NCBI GenBank assembly: GCA_963827565.1
Contig: CAWHBG010000003.1
Span: forward strand, 124,530 to 188,529
Reading direction: 5' to 3'
DNA from: Candidatus Aminicenantes bacterium
GTDB lineage: Bacteria > Acidobacteriota > Aminicenantia > UBA2199
Length of the DNA stretch: 64,000 nt
Shown piece by piece: positions 42,206 to 52,443 of the stretch; within the stretch, counting starts at the first letter, position 1; every line of letters begins with the position of its first letter. The notes beneath the pieces were generated by a model. It saw only the letters and a program-made list of their open reading frames with translations, searched no databases and had not been told where the DNA came from. A program made the position numbers and the translations under genes.

Positions 42206-44332
42206 TTAAAAACCAAGAGCCGCTATAGAATCTTTAAGGATTTTCGCAATATACGGAGCATTGTGGATGTACCCGTGAGGTTCCTTTTTAGACATCTGGA
42301 AGTTGTATGCTGCTCTTAACAGAGAGCCATTAAACTGGTAGCCATTTGCCCGATTTGCTTCCTCAGGATCAGGGATCCCATTCCCGTTAAGATCATTTAA
42401 GAAATAGGGGTAATTGTGAGCATCCCATACGATCGGAGACCCTATCCTCTTTCCATAAGCCTGGATCGCAGCATAAAGTTTATCTTCCAAACCTCTGATC
42501 TCACTTTCCATAGATTCCGTTTTATCACCGTCACCATCGTAATCAGGTATATTTGCAGGACGAATTCCGCTGAACTCGAATTTGGCAGGATCTGCACCCG
42601 GATTAGGCTGTGATACATCCTCACCATGACAATTCACACAATCTGCAGGATTAGGTTTATGTACATTATGGCCATTGTTCGGGTCTTTTCCCTTTGTTCC
42701 CATATGACATTCAACACAGGTAACAAATTTTCCGTCATGGTTCGGGAACATAGATCTTCCGGGATAAGTTTTTCCAGAGTATTCATATCCCCCCTGAACT
42801 TCACTGCCAAAATATATCGCAGCTGCAGGAAAATAGTGAATATTTGTAAACGAATAGGGTCCCGGTCCACCCGAGATCTTGCTGTCTACTGATGACTTTG
42901 AGGCTCTGCCCTGGTGGCATGCCATGCAGAGATTACTTGAATCACCGAGATCAACACTGACCCCTGATGGAAACTTAACTTCAGATAACTGATGAAGAGC
43001 AGGAGGTCCCGTGTGGCATGTTGTACAGAGCATACCATTCGCAAGTGGTTCCGGAAATTCATTCAACCCTGTTGCTGCAAATTTTGCCAGCCCTGTTGCT
43101 GAATGGCACCTTGCACAGCTAGCCTGAACTTCACCGTCACCATCCCAATGTCTCCACGCTTCAGAAGAACCATCGAAATGGCCTTCATCTGTCCTGCTCA
43201 TTTTTGACATATCAATTCCACCGGTCTTTGTATTAAGATCTGCAATGGAATCATACACAAGCTGGATAATATATTTTCCACCGTGAGCGAAACCGCCAAG
43301 ATCCTTTTTCGAGAACTGATAATTATATGCTGCCCTTGCAAGTCTCGGTGTAAACATATTGTAGGCATTTGCATAGACTGCTTCACTCTCTTCAATAGTA
43401 CCATTATCATTAGTGTCTTTGAAGAAATAAGGATAGGCTGCGGCATTATATCCGATCGTGGTCCCGACCACTTTCCTTGAATAGATGATGATCGCATTAT
43501 AGAGTTTATTCTGAAGTGTTTTCAATTCATAATAGATTCCTTCAGTTGTATTCCCGTCACCATCATAATCTACAAGAGAACCGAGATAACGAATATCATG
43601 GAGATCTTCCTTGCTTTCTATCCCGGGATGACAGGTATCACATTGTTCCGTCTTTACATGAAGTGAATGAGAATCATGACAATCGGTACATGAAGTGTAT
43701 CCTTCTACATGTCCGAATTTAGCATCATAGGTCTTGCCTGAATACTCATATCCCCCTTTCGCCAGGGTTCCGTTTAATGTGGCACCTGCAGCAGCATAGT
43801 GAACATTCCTGAACCTGACCGCGGGAGAAGGTGTATCTTCTGCTAACCCTGCATAAGAAGCATTAACCGATACAGTAGATTCCCTGCCCTGGTGACAATT
43901 CATACAGATACCTTCATTTCCAAGCGGTTCATGGGTACCATCCTCTTTAAGCGGACCTCTTATTGTAAGCCCGGAAGGGAATTTTACATTTGCATAAATC
44001 CTGGTTGTCCCATTTTCAACATCCGTATGACACACTTCACATGTGAACGAACCCGGTTCATGGTCATTTGTTACAGCACCGTTATCTGCAAACTCAATTG
44101 CACCGGCAGCACTGTGGCATTTAGCGCAGCCTGCCGGAACCAGAGCAGGATCATCCTCATTCCAATGGACAAATGCTTCAGAAACTGAATCATTATGGCC
44201 GGAATCGGCAAACAATGACTCCTGTACACTTTCGAACATTGCTTTATCCATGTTACAGGACTGCAGAATAAACAATCCTGTAATAAAAACAAAACAGATT
44301 CCGATTATTGATAAATTTTTTGTTTTATTCAT
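42206..44332 (-). CDS. Decaheme c-type lipoprotein built from two tandem pentaheme modules; putative surface terminal reductase/oxidase
   Basis: Lipobox FILQSC; 10 CxxCH (CAKCH, CEVCH, CMNCH, CTDCH, CDTCH / CARCH, CTTCH, CMACH, CVECH, CVNCH); the two halves align motif by motif. Confidence 0.85.
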   Translation of the reverse strand: MNKTKNLSIIGICFVFITGLFILQSCNMDKAMFESVQESLFADSGHNDSVSEAFVHWNEDDPALVPAGCAKCHSAAGAIEFADNGAVTNDHEPGSFTCEVCHTDVENGTTRIYANVKFPSGLTIRGPLKEDGTHEPLGNEGICMNCHQGRESTVSVNASYAGLAEDTPSPAVRFRNVHYAAAGATLNGTLAKGGYEYSGKTYDAKFGHVEGYTSCTDCHDSHSLHVKTEQCDTCHPGIESKEDLHDIRYLGSLVDYDGDGNTTEGIYYELKTLQNKLYNAIIIYSRKVVGTTIGYNAAAYPYFFKDTNDNGTIEESEAVYANAYNMFTPRLARAAYNYQFSKKDLGGFAHGGKYIIQLVYDSIADLNTKTGGIDMSKMSRTDEGHFDGSSEAWRHWDGDGEVQASCARCHSATGLAKFAATGLNEFPEPLANGMLCTTCHTGPPALHQLSEVKFPSGVSVDLGDSSNLCMACHQGRASKSSVDSKISGGPGPYSFTNIHYFPAAAIYFGSEVQGGYEYSGKTYPGRSMFPNHDGKFVTCVECHMGTKGKDPNNGHNVHKPNPADCVNCHGEDVSQPNPGADPAKFEFSGIRPANIPDYDGDGDKTESMESEIRGLEDKLYAAIQAYGKRIGSPIVWDAHNYPYFLNDLNGNGIPDPEEANRANGYQFNGSLLRAAYNFQMSKKEPHGYIHNAPYIAKILKDSIAALGF

Positions 44333-44346
44333 CTTTTTTTCCTCCG

Positions 44347-46209
44347 TTATTTCCAACTGTAACCAAAGGAAACTTCAAATATATTGGCCTTATAGTCATT
44401 GTAGCCAAAATCATTTTCCTTAAAATCAACATACCTGTAATTCAACTGACCGATAAAACCTTTTTCACAAAAATACTTGAAGAATAATTTAAGGTTGGTT
44501 CTCGTCAGTTCCCAGGATCCATTATTAATGTAATAATTAAGATAAGCACCGAGTCCAGTCTTATCACTCAGCTTTGAATAGATATAAACATCAAAAAGAT
44601 TCGAGGTTCCCTCAAAAAGAATATCCCATAAATAGGTCCCTTCACCACCAGTCCATGAAGGAGGATAATAGATTCCCCTTTCCCCTTTCCGCGTCACATC
44701 TATCAGAGCATAACCCGCTGAGAAATGGAGTTTTTTCTTATATATACCCATTCTCAGGTTCAATTGATTCTTGTCAGATTCCCACATTTCACCTGACTGA
44801 TCACTTTTAGACTTATTGAGAAGATATGAACCGCTGAAATAGAGATCCTTTTTCTTATATTTTGCAGTAAGCCTGAATCTGTGAAAATCTGTCGGTGAAA
44901 TAAGAGTCAGAGGATTATCATAAGTTCCATACTGATAATCTGCCGTAACCTTTAATTTCTTTGAAGGCTTCCAGTTAAGGTTTCCGAATAATCCCATTTT
45001 AGAAGTTGCCTCATTGTAATCTTCGATCACAACATCATCCTGAACATCTCTCTGCTCCATCCTGTATCCGAGAGTGAATCCGAATTTTGTACTTGGCTGA
45101 TACTGAAGACCTGCTTCCACGCCACCGGTCTCATATTTCAGGTCCATTAAGGTCTTAACTCCCTCAACGATCATTGAACCGGTCTGATCAAAATTATTAT
45201 AGAAAGTAGTCCCGACCAGAGCCATTTTATCACTCAGGAAATAGGTGAAGTCGAGATCATAGATCTGGGATTTTCTTGAAAAATCCCCTTTCCCGTTATA
45301 ATCATAAACAACAGGAACACCGATATGATCAGCACCCATTGCCTCTTCACTGTAGGTAAAATCCGTATTCTGATCCAGGATCTGAAGACTACCTTTCAGG
45401 AGTAATTTTCTGAACGGGTTATAAGTGAATTTTGCCGTGTGAGTATTTCCCTTCATGTTGTACGGCATATTCAGGCTGAAATAATTGAGATAAGTGGGAT
45501 ACCTGGCGAAATCTCCTCCATCAGCATATCCGGGGAGGAACATACTGTTCGCATTTTCAAAATCGATGAATTTTTCTTCAAGGACAAATGCGAAGTTTTT
45601 CCCTGCATAATCAAAGCCCAGAGTAACTTCTGTTGACATCTCATCGATAGGTTTATCAAATTCAAATTCAACTCTTCCAATATCGAGTGTATTTATGCTC
45701 ATACCCTTTTTTGTATAACTGTTAAAATCAATATAGGCATGAGATCTTTTCCCAAGCCACACTTTAAATAATCCCGAGTCGTTGATACGGTCAAATGCAA
45801 AAGTATGAAAATCATGGCCCTCAAGATGATCGTTATAAAAATATTCTGATTTTCGTCTGTCGAATTTGAACTTATACTTTCCGCTCTTCATAATATCAAG
45901 TCCCATACTTTCGAAAGGATCGCCGCCGAAGTTGTTAACGTATACATTCATATAATCAAAATATTTATTCAGCTTCCCGACCGGGGCAAAATGGATCTTA
46001 AAGTTAAAGAGCCTGAGCCCGTCCCCCAGGTTAATATCTTCTTTATACTTTGATTCAACTCCGCTTATATCAACAAATCTGTATCCGACAATGAACTTGC
46101 CGTAAAACTCATCCTCAGTTTTCTCTTCAGCATTAAGGGATACTGATGATATAAATCCGCAGAACAGGATAACCATTAAAATAGTTAAAAATGATTTATT
46201 TCTTTTCAT
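44347..46209 (-). CDS. MtrB/PioB-like outer-membrane beta-barrel porin
   Basis: Signal peptide, aromatic-rich alternating strands, C-terminal FEVSFGYSWK; lies directly after the decaheme MtrA. Confidence 0.78.
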   Translation of the reverse strand: MKRNKSFLTILMVILFCGFISSVSLNAEEKTEDEFYGKFIVGYRFVDISGVESKYKEDINLGDGLRLFNFKIHFAPVGKLNKYFDYMNVYVNNFGGDPFESMGLDIMKSGKYKFKFDRRKSEYFYNDHLEGHDFHTFAFDRINDSGLFKVWLGKRSHAYIDFNSYTKKGMSINTLDIGRVEFEFDKPIDEMSTEVTLGFDYAGKNFAFVLEEKFIDFENANSMFLPGYADGGDFARYPTYLNYFSLNMPYNMKGNTHTAKFTYNPFRKLLLKGSLQILDQNTDFTYSEEAMGADHIGVPVVYDYNGKGDFSRKSQIYDLDFTYFLSDKMALVGTTFYNNFDQTGSMIVEGVKTLMDLKYETGGVEAGLQYQPSTKFGFTLGYRMEQRDVQDDVVIEDYNEATSKMGLFGNLNWKPSKKLKVTADYQYGTYDNPLTLISPTDFHRFRLTAKYKKKDLYFSGSYLLNKSKSDQSGEMWESDKNQLNLRMGIYKKKLHFSAGYALIDVTRKGERGIYYPPSWTGGEGTYLWDILFEGTSNLFDVYIYSKLSDKTGLGAYLNYYINNGSWELTRTNLKLFFKYFCEKGFIGQLNYRYVDFKENDFGYNDYKANIFEVSFGYSWK

Positions 46210-46219
46210 GATTATGCTC

Positions 46220-47029
46220 CTATTTCAAAAACAGCTTATCCAGATTTGATCCGTGGATAGCTGAATGGCAATTTGCGCAATTAGTGTCACTGGCAATGAA
46301 TCTTGTATGCCAGTCCGGAGCAGTCGCATGACAGCTGAAGCACAATTCCCTGACACTCTGATGTTTTAGCATATGCCTGTTTGGTGAACCGTGGACATCG
46401 TGACAAACAGTACAGCCTTCTACTCTTGAGGCTTCATGTTCGTGTATGAACGGACCGCCTTTATCCCGGTGACATTTCAGGCAGGATTCCTGTTTGAATC
46501 CGCCAAGCCTCTGGCGTGTTGCACTCTCATGAGGATCGTGGCAGGAGGTACATTCAAGGATCCCCTCACCAACACGATGTTTCTCATTCAGACTGAACTC
46601 TGCGGCTACATCCTGATGACAGGAAGCACAAATTTTTGTCTTAAGTTTTGCCATTGAATTCACTTTCTTATGAATGCCGTGACATTTTGTACAGTCTATA
46701 CCTGCTTTGGAATGTTCACCATTCATAAACCCACCTACAACAGATTTATGACAGGATAAACATTGTTTTGATTTCTGAAGTGCTGTTTCATTTTTAAAAG
46801 AAAAAATATTTCCCGCTTCGGCATTATCCAGATGTCTGGCAGAATTACCATGACAATCGGTACATTTACCATTGGAAATACCATGAGCAGTTTCAGAAAA
46901 TTTCATGGAAACTCCATCATGACACTCAGCACAGACATTTTCGGATTCCTTTTCTCCGTAAATATCAATCGAAAGAAATAATGTCAGGCTTAGCATTAGT
47001 AAAAATATTCCTAAAATTTGTTTCCTCAC
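46220..47029 (-). CDS. MtrA/DmsE-family periplasmic decaheme cytochrome c
   Basis: 10 CxxCH with MtrA-like spacing (CTSCHDPH, CLKCH..KGGPFIHEH, CTVCHDVHGS, CFSCH, CANCHSAIHGSN). Confidence 0.9.
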   Translation of the reverse strand: MRKQILGIFLLMLSLTLFLSIDIYGEKESENVCAECHDGVSMKFSETAHGISNGKCTDCHGNSARHLDNAEAGNIFSFKNETALQKSKQCLSCHKSVVGGFMNGEHSKAGIDCTKCHGIHKKVNSMAKLKTKICASCHQDVAAEFSLNEKHRVGEGILECTSCHDPHESATRQRLGGFKQESCLKCHRDKGGPFIHEHEASRVEGCTVCHDVHGSPNRHMLKHQSVRELCFSCHATAPDWHTRFIASDTNCANCHSAIHGSNLDKLFLK

Positions 47030-47207
47030 TTTTACCTCCTCTACATTTATTTGAATTTTTTATCATTCTTAAAAAAAAATTTCATTTTAACAATATAAAA
47101 CTGTCCATACCTAATATAATCAGTTTTGTTTTAATTACAATTAAAAAGATTTTTTTAATACTCATAACCGTTACAGCAAACATACGCTTCCTCTGTTTTC
47201 AAATTCC

Positions 47208-47259
47208 ATGACATATTCATGACTTTTATTACTATAAATTGCATATGCAACCATGTCAA
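47208..47259 (-). promoter_or_regulatory. Sigma70 promoter plus shared operator for the mtrA-mtrB-decaheme unit
   Basis: -35 TTGACA (47254-59), 17 nt, -10 TATAGT (47231-36); operator GTCATG-AAT-ATGTCAT (47208-23); palindrome TTGCATATGCAA in the spacer (47239-50). Confidence 0.72.
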
Positions 47260-47590
47260 TCATATTAAGGTTGATTTATGGGTTGATTTTAAATTCGCGT
47301 TTTACAACCATAGTAGTATTCGCTCTTTTTTTTCATTAAGACTTTTTTCCTAGATTTTTCAGTGTTGAAGAACCGAATAGTAATAATTTATTTCTATTTT
47401 AACTGCTTTTTTTCCTCTGGTTTTAGATTATTAAAATATTCATGAATTTTTTCTTAGGGCTAAGTACCAATTTTTTTATGGTTGAATATCCAGATAAATA
47501 GCATTAAATTATTTTACTTGTTCTGATACAGTTAACGATTTTTCAAATCAGGTTGAAACTCCCTCTGCTTTTTAAACCACCGGGAAAATA

Positions 47591-48535
47591 TTATTTATTA
47601 CGTCTCGATTTTCGCAGTAAAATTTTATAGCTTCGTTTGAAAATGTTAATACTTTCTTTAATTCTGCCGTTCTTTTCCAGTATCTCCCCGGCTTTAAAAA
47701 CTGCCGGAAAAAATGAGGGTTCCAGCATGGCAAATCTTAATAAATTCGAGAGGTTCTCTTCTGAAGGATCAGCGGAGGACAGGCTCAGATAAAGACCGAA
47801 CTTCAACCTCTTTGAATCATTATTTTCCAGGGCACCCTTAAAAAGAACCACCGCATCATTTGCTTTATCCTGTTCCAGCAGAATGAATCCATATCCTAAA
47901 TGGGCTTCAATATTTTCACTATCCTTTTCAACAGCTTTTTTATACATCATTCCTGCAAGCTGGTAATTTCTATCAACTATCAGGGTGAAAGCCTGTTCTA
48001 ATACTCTGTTCTTTTTCCTTTGCACAAGTTTAATATCGGTTTCTTTATAAACATTTCCCGGCTTCTCACCCTTTTCAAGAGCGCTCAGGTGACTCGTAAA
48101 GAACATTCCGAGGTTCGGTCTGTAACTTACAATTACCGAGTTAAGGATACCCGCTTCATCAATGAAAAGGATAGAAGGCATTACCACTATTCCGAAATCA
48201 GCATAAATTTTCCTTTGAGGATCGTTCAGTTTTTTTCTGTTCCCCTTAAATTTATCAAACAGGATCAATATTCTATTATCAGTTTCAGCATTCGTATCAA
48301 CAAGTACAAAACTGATCTTTTTTACCGAATTATAAGATTTTAGAAATTGTCTTAAAAAAGCTACTGACCTGAGATCATCAGACTTCAGATACAGCAGAAC
48401 TGTTTTCCCCTGACCCTCTATAAACTTAAGTTCTTCAGTTAACGGAACTTTGTCACCTACCTTTATTTCCCTCAGCCCCTCAACATCTGCCGGGAAAATA
48501 TAAAAGGTCAGCAGGAGGGTGAGAAAGATCCTCAT
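47591..48535 (-). CDS. Exported protein with a redoxin-like N-terminal domain (no CxxC) and TPR repeats
   Basis: IKVGDKVP...IYADFGIVVMPSILFIDEAG; AGMMYKKAVEKDSENIEAHLGYGFIL. Confidence 0.65.
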   Translation of the reverse strand: MRIFLTLLLTFYIFPADVEGLREIKVGDKVPLTEELKFIEGQGKTVLLYLKSDDLRSVAFLRQFLKSYNSVKKISFVLVDTNAETDNRILILFDKFKGNRKKLNDPQRKIYADFGIVVMPSILFIDEAGILNSVIVSYRPNLGMFFTSHLSALEKGEKPGNVYKETDIKLVQRKKNRVLEQAFTLIVDRNYQLAGMMYKKAVEKDSENIEAHLGYGFILLEQDKANDAVVLFKGALENNDSKRLKFGLYLSLSSADPSEENLSNLLRFAMLEPSFFPAVFKAGEILEKNGRIKESINIFKRSYKILLRKSRRNK

Positions 48536-49818
48536 GTACCCTTCACCTTTTTATTTCTGTCATATGAATATTCTTTATGACATCCAGGTGCACAACTCCC
48601 CCCGGATTTGTTTTTCTCAAATCCGATCGGCAGGCTCCATTTTCCGAATGGAGTATCTTTTCTGATATGTTTCGGCAGATTACTGGCGTGGATCTCATGA
48701 CAGGCCCTGCAGGTCCTCCCTTTCTCTCTGTTCACATGAACATAATGGAGATTCCAGTCCCCGTCACGAAAATTTGTGAGCGCAACAGTTCTTTCTGTTT
48801 TTGCCAATTGCTTCTCATGACAATCAAAACACGAATCATATTTTCTCTCTTCATACACCGTATAGAACTCTTTGGGGAAATTACCTTTTAAAAGCATATA
48901 AAAATCAGACCCATGCGGGTTATGACATCCGCTGCAGTTCCCGTCCTTGATCGGCCCATGTTTGAATTTATTCCTGTTGACTATTTTAAAGATATTATAA
49001 TCTTCCCCATCCGTACCGATAATTTTTTTATCATGGCAGTCCAGACATAATTTTAAAGGTGAAATCCTGAGATTATTATCATAAAGCGATCCATGAGCAT
49101 CATGGCAGTTGTAGCATTTTTTAGCTTCATTGACGACCTTATGCTTGAACTTTGCAATATCCACTTTATCAGTTATCTTCTTATGACACTCATTGCAGAG
49201 CTTTTCTCTGTCTGCTATAAGCTGATATTTGTGATCGGATGAGTGGGAACTGTGGCACTTCTGACACCCCTCTTTCATCGGTGTGTGCATCTTTTGATCG
49301 GCCCCCGAATAATCTTTATCCGAGTGACATCTGGTGCAGATGACCTTTAGCGGTTCTACCAGTAAAAATTTGTTATCTGAACTATGCGACTCATGGCACA
49401 ATGAACAATTTCCTGAAGCATTGGGGCCATGGACAAACTTTTTTCTCATGGCATCAGAATCATGACAATCAAAGCATACAGTGTCTATCCTCTTCTGTTT
49501 TAAAAATGCTTTATTATCGCCACCATGAGAAAAATGGCAGTCGGTACAGTCTCCGGAAGATATTGGTTCATGAACATTTTTCTTTGTTGTCTGATCATCA
49601 TGACACTCGTTGCAGTGATCATTTATATTTGGGATCTTTTTAAATTTGTGATCGCCGGTTTTCTCATGGCAGGTAAGGCAATCATCCTCGACAGGTGCAT
49701 GGATAACCTTATAACCTTTCATGTTTTTGTGACATTCTGAAGTCACACAGCTCTTTTCAGCCCCATTCATAAATGCAAAAACAAACAGCATAGCTAATAA
49801 TGCGATAAAAATTTTCAT
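48532..49818 (-). CDS. Periplasmic multiheme cytochrome c, 15 heme motifs
   Basis: 13 CxxCH plus CVTSECH and CAPGCH; repeated H-x-P...CxxCHxxHxS...LCxxCH units. Confidence 0.9.
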   Translation of the reverse strand: MKIFIALLAMLFVFAFMNGAEKSCVTSECHKNMKGYKVIHAPVEDDCLTCHEKTGDHKFKKIPNINDHCNECHDDQTTKKNVHEPISSGDCTDCHFSHGGDNKAFLKQKRIDTVCFDCHDSDAMRKKFVHGPNASGNCSLCHESHSSDNKFLLVEPLKVICTRCHSDKDYSGADQKMHTPMKEGCQKCHSSHSSDHKYQLIADREKLCNECHKKITDKVDIAKFKHKVVNEAKKCYNCHDAHGSLYDNNLRISPLKLCLDCHDKKIIGTDGEDYNIFKIVNRNKFKHGPIKDGNCSGCHNPHGSDFYMLLKGNFPKEFYTVYEERKYDSCFDCHEKQLAKTERTVALTNFRDGDWNLHYVHVNREKGRTCRACHEIHASNLPKHIRKDTPFGKWSLPIGFEKNKSGGSCAPGCHKEYSYDRNKKVKGT

Positions 49819-49828
49819 CTAACTCCTC

Positions 49829-51508
49829 CTATTTTTCATATTCTTTCGGAGAGTGGTCATCTCCATGGCATTGCAGATAGCAATAACCTTTATTACCGAT
49901 AACATTAAATTTTAAATCTCCATTTAAGTTCGGAAAAACAGCGCTTGTATCAAAATTGATCAATCCCGGATTCCTCTGGGAGCCATGCGGATCGTGACAG
50001 ACGGAACATGGCGTGTTCTGTTCATCCACATGTTTTTTATGATATTTAAAAGTAGAAAAGTTCTCGCTCATTACCACCTCGGGCCGGTGACATTTCCAGC
50101 ACAGGTCATAGTTCGATTGCTGATAGATCATCGACGGAGCAACAATATACTTTCTCTCCAGAATATATTCGTGAATTGAACCGTGAGGTCCATTAGGCCC
50201 CACACCTCCATTCATTGTTGAGTTATTTGAATTGTGGCAGTCAGTACAATACATTCTTGATGAATTATTCCACCCTGTCCTCAAAGATGGAACAAAATTG
50301 CCACTACCTTGAGAGGCGACAGGATGATAACTTGGGTTAGAAGGTTGAAAAGCTACCCGCAAGTCCGGATTCTGGTTCAACCTCACCCGGTCGGAAATGA
50401 CATACCTCTCCTGCCCATGACACTTTAAACAGACCTCATATTCATACTGTGCTTCAGGTACAATTGTTCCTCCTAAGGTCATACCGGTTGATCCCTTTAA
50501 CCTCCCATTCAGGAAAGGTGGAGAAGACGATGATGAGTTCAATTTATGTGGATCGTGACAATCCACACATTGGGTATGTACAGAAGATGTCAGAATATTC
50601 TCGGCAGGGTCATGAATATTGTTAAAATTCTCCACATTATGGGAAAAGTTCTTTTCGACCTCACTTTTTATATCTGAGCCGGTAGTTCCATTATGGCATA
50701 CCAGACACACCTGACTATCAGCTCTTTCACTGAGCAGCCTTTCGTTACCGCCCGCGTTATGGGGATGATGGCAATTCTGGCAGGAGTTTTCAACTACTGT
50801 ATTATAACCGGAATGCGGCCATGGATTCTTCCCCGATTTATTCCAGGAAGTGGTTGAGATATCATGAGTGGAGATATTATTGTAACCGGGTAGGTCATGA
50901 CAGGTCTTGCACAATTCCCCATTAACAACACTGCTTACCAGGAATTTAGGGAAAAAATCTTCGTGGGGATCGTGGCAGGTTGTACACTGAATTTTCCCGG
51001 ATCCATCATAGCTGACTGGATCTCCGGGTCTGGGATGCACCAAATCAGCCCTGATTGAAACAGCAATCGAGCTATCAAAAGAGATCGGATGATCATCTGA
51101 AATATCCCTCCCCAGGTTGGTTTTTCTATTCCGGGGAATCCTGCCACCATCTGAATTTTTGACAGAAAGATTTTTTGGGCCTTTCAATATCTGCCCCATG
51201 GCAATATTGCCATCGTGACATGAAAGACATAGTTTTGAAGCCCCATCGGGCTGACCCAGTTTAGAATACAATGTTGAACTATCGTAAAGTGTATATTCTA
51301 CATTAGATTCTTTTCTATTCCATAGTGGCCCGTTATCAGATGACAGAACATGCGAAGTATGACAGAAGATACAGATCTGATTTGTTCCGGTAGTATTTAT
51401 CTCCCCCATACCGGAAACAGAGAGATTATGTCTTGAATGAACAATGTTTTTTGAGCCCACATTAAAAACGATCAACATTAAAATGATATATATAAAAAAT
51501 TTCTTCAT
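49829..51508 (-). CDS. Multiheme cytochrome c, 12 heme motifs, with an N-terminal OmcE-like tetraheme module
   Basis: 11 CxxCH plus CYLQCH; the N-terminal ~200 aa parallel 56249..56866. Confidence 0.88.
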   Translation of the reverse strand: MKKFFIYIILMLIVFNVGSKNIVHSRHNLSVSGMGEINTTGTNQICIFCHTSHVLSSDNGPLWNRKESNVEYTLYDSSTLYSKLGQPDGASKLCLSCHDGNIAMGQILKGPKNLSVKNSDGGRIPRNRKTNLGRDISDDHPISFDSSIAVSIRADLVHPRPGDPVSYDGSGKIQCTTCHDPHEDFFPKFLVSSVVNGELCKTCHDLPGYNNISTHDISTTSWNKSGKNPWPHSGYNTVVENSCQNCHHPHNAGGNERLLSERADSQVCLVCHNGTTGSDIKSEVEKNFSHNVENFNNIHDPAENILTSSVHTQCVDCHDPHKLNSSSSSPPFLNGRLKGSTGMTLGGTIVPEAQYEYEVCLKCHGQERYVISDRVRLNQNPDLRVAFQPSNPSYHPVASQGSGNFVPSLRTGWNNSSRMYCTDCHNSNNSTMNGGVGPNGPHGSIHEYILERKYIVAPSMIYQQSNYDLCWKCHRPEVVMSENFSTFKYHKKHVDEQNTPCSVCHDPHGSQRNPGLINFDTSAVFPNLNGDLKFNVIGNKGYCYLQCHGDDHSPKEYEK

Positions 51509-52443
51509 TTTTCACCTTTCACAACTTTGTAGATCTGCAGTCGATTATTATATGTATCTGCAATATAAATAAGATCATTTTGATCAATCGATAATCCGGA
51601 CGGCATCCAGAACTCTCCATCACTACTTCCAGGTCCGCCGAAATATGACAAAAACCTTCCTTGAATATTAAAAACCTGGACATTGTCAAAAATAACATCT
51701 GTCACAAAGATCCTCTTTTTACTATCAACAGCAATGCCCTTTGGCTGTGAAAACTCTCCACCGTTTTTCCCTTTTTTCCCGAACATCCTTCTAAACTTTC
51801 CCTTATGATCAAAAATCTGAACCCTGAAATTAAGAGCATCATTAACATAGATATTATCATTATCCACAGTCAGGTGTGTCGGGAAATTGAATTCCCCCTC
51901 GCTTATACCACGCTTTCCAAATTCAACAAGAATTTTCCCGTCTTCAGAGATAACAAGCACTTTATGATTCTTAGTATCTGTACAAAATACTTTTTTATCA
52001 AAACAAAAGATACCTGTTATTCTTCTAGAGGGATCGGAAATCAGAAAATTCTTAAATTTAAAACTACTTGAAAATCTGGCTATTAAACGGAGTTGTGAAT
52101 CTGAAATATAAAATCCCCCTTCCATATCAGAACTTCCGCAAACAGGGGATTGGAGATTCATTTTATTTATTCTACCAATCTTCTTTATAATTTGCCCTTT
52201 TCTGTTCAATATAATAATTTTTCCGTATATCTGATCTGTAACCCCAAGGTAATTATCATTAATAAAAAAAACTGATGCTGGTTTCACCGAATAATTAATC
52301 TTTTTCCCGAACAAAACTTTAGTTAATTTCTTGTTTTTTTTCACAGATCCAATTTCAATTGAACTAACAAATTTTATTGATTCAGAAAAACCAAATGCAA
52401 AAAATATCAGGATCAGAAGTAGCAGCAAGAAATATTTTTTCAA
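51505..52443 (-). CDS. NHL-repeat beta-propeller protein
   Basis: GKRGISEGEFNFPTHL, GKKGKNGGEFSQPKGIAVDS, GGPGSSDGEFWMPSGL, ADTYNNRLQ. Confidence 0.9.
   Translation of the reverse strand: MKKYFLLLLLILIFFAFGFSESIKFVSSIEIGSVKKNKKLTKVLFGKKINYSVKPASVFFINDNYLGVTDQIYGKIIILNRKGQIIKKIGRINKMNLQSPVCGSSDMEGGFYISDSQLRLIARFSSSFKFKNFLISDPSRRITGIFCFDKKVFCTDTKNHKVLVISEDGKILVEFGKRGISEGEFNFPTHLTVDNDNIYVNDALNFRVQIFDHKGKFRRMFGKKGKNGGEFSQPKGIAVDSKKRIFVTDVIFDNVQVFNIQGRFLSYFGGPGSSDGEFWMPSGLSIDQNDLIYIADTYNNRLQIYKVVKGEK

Noticed and set aside
42206-44332. Calling the decaheme lipoprotein MtrC/OmcA
   Set aside because: The heme count and gene position fit, but the internal duplication with helical C-terminal segments does not resemble MtrC domain organisation.
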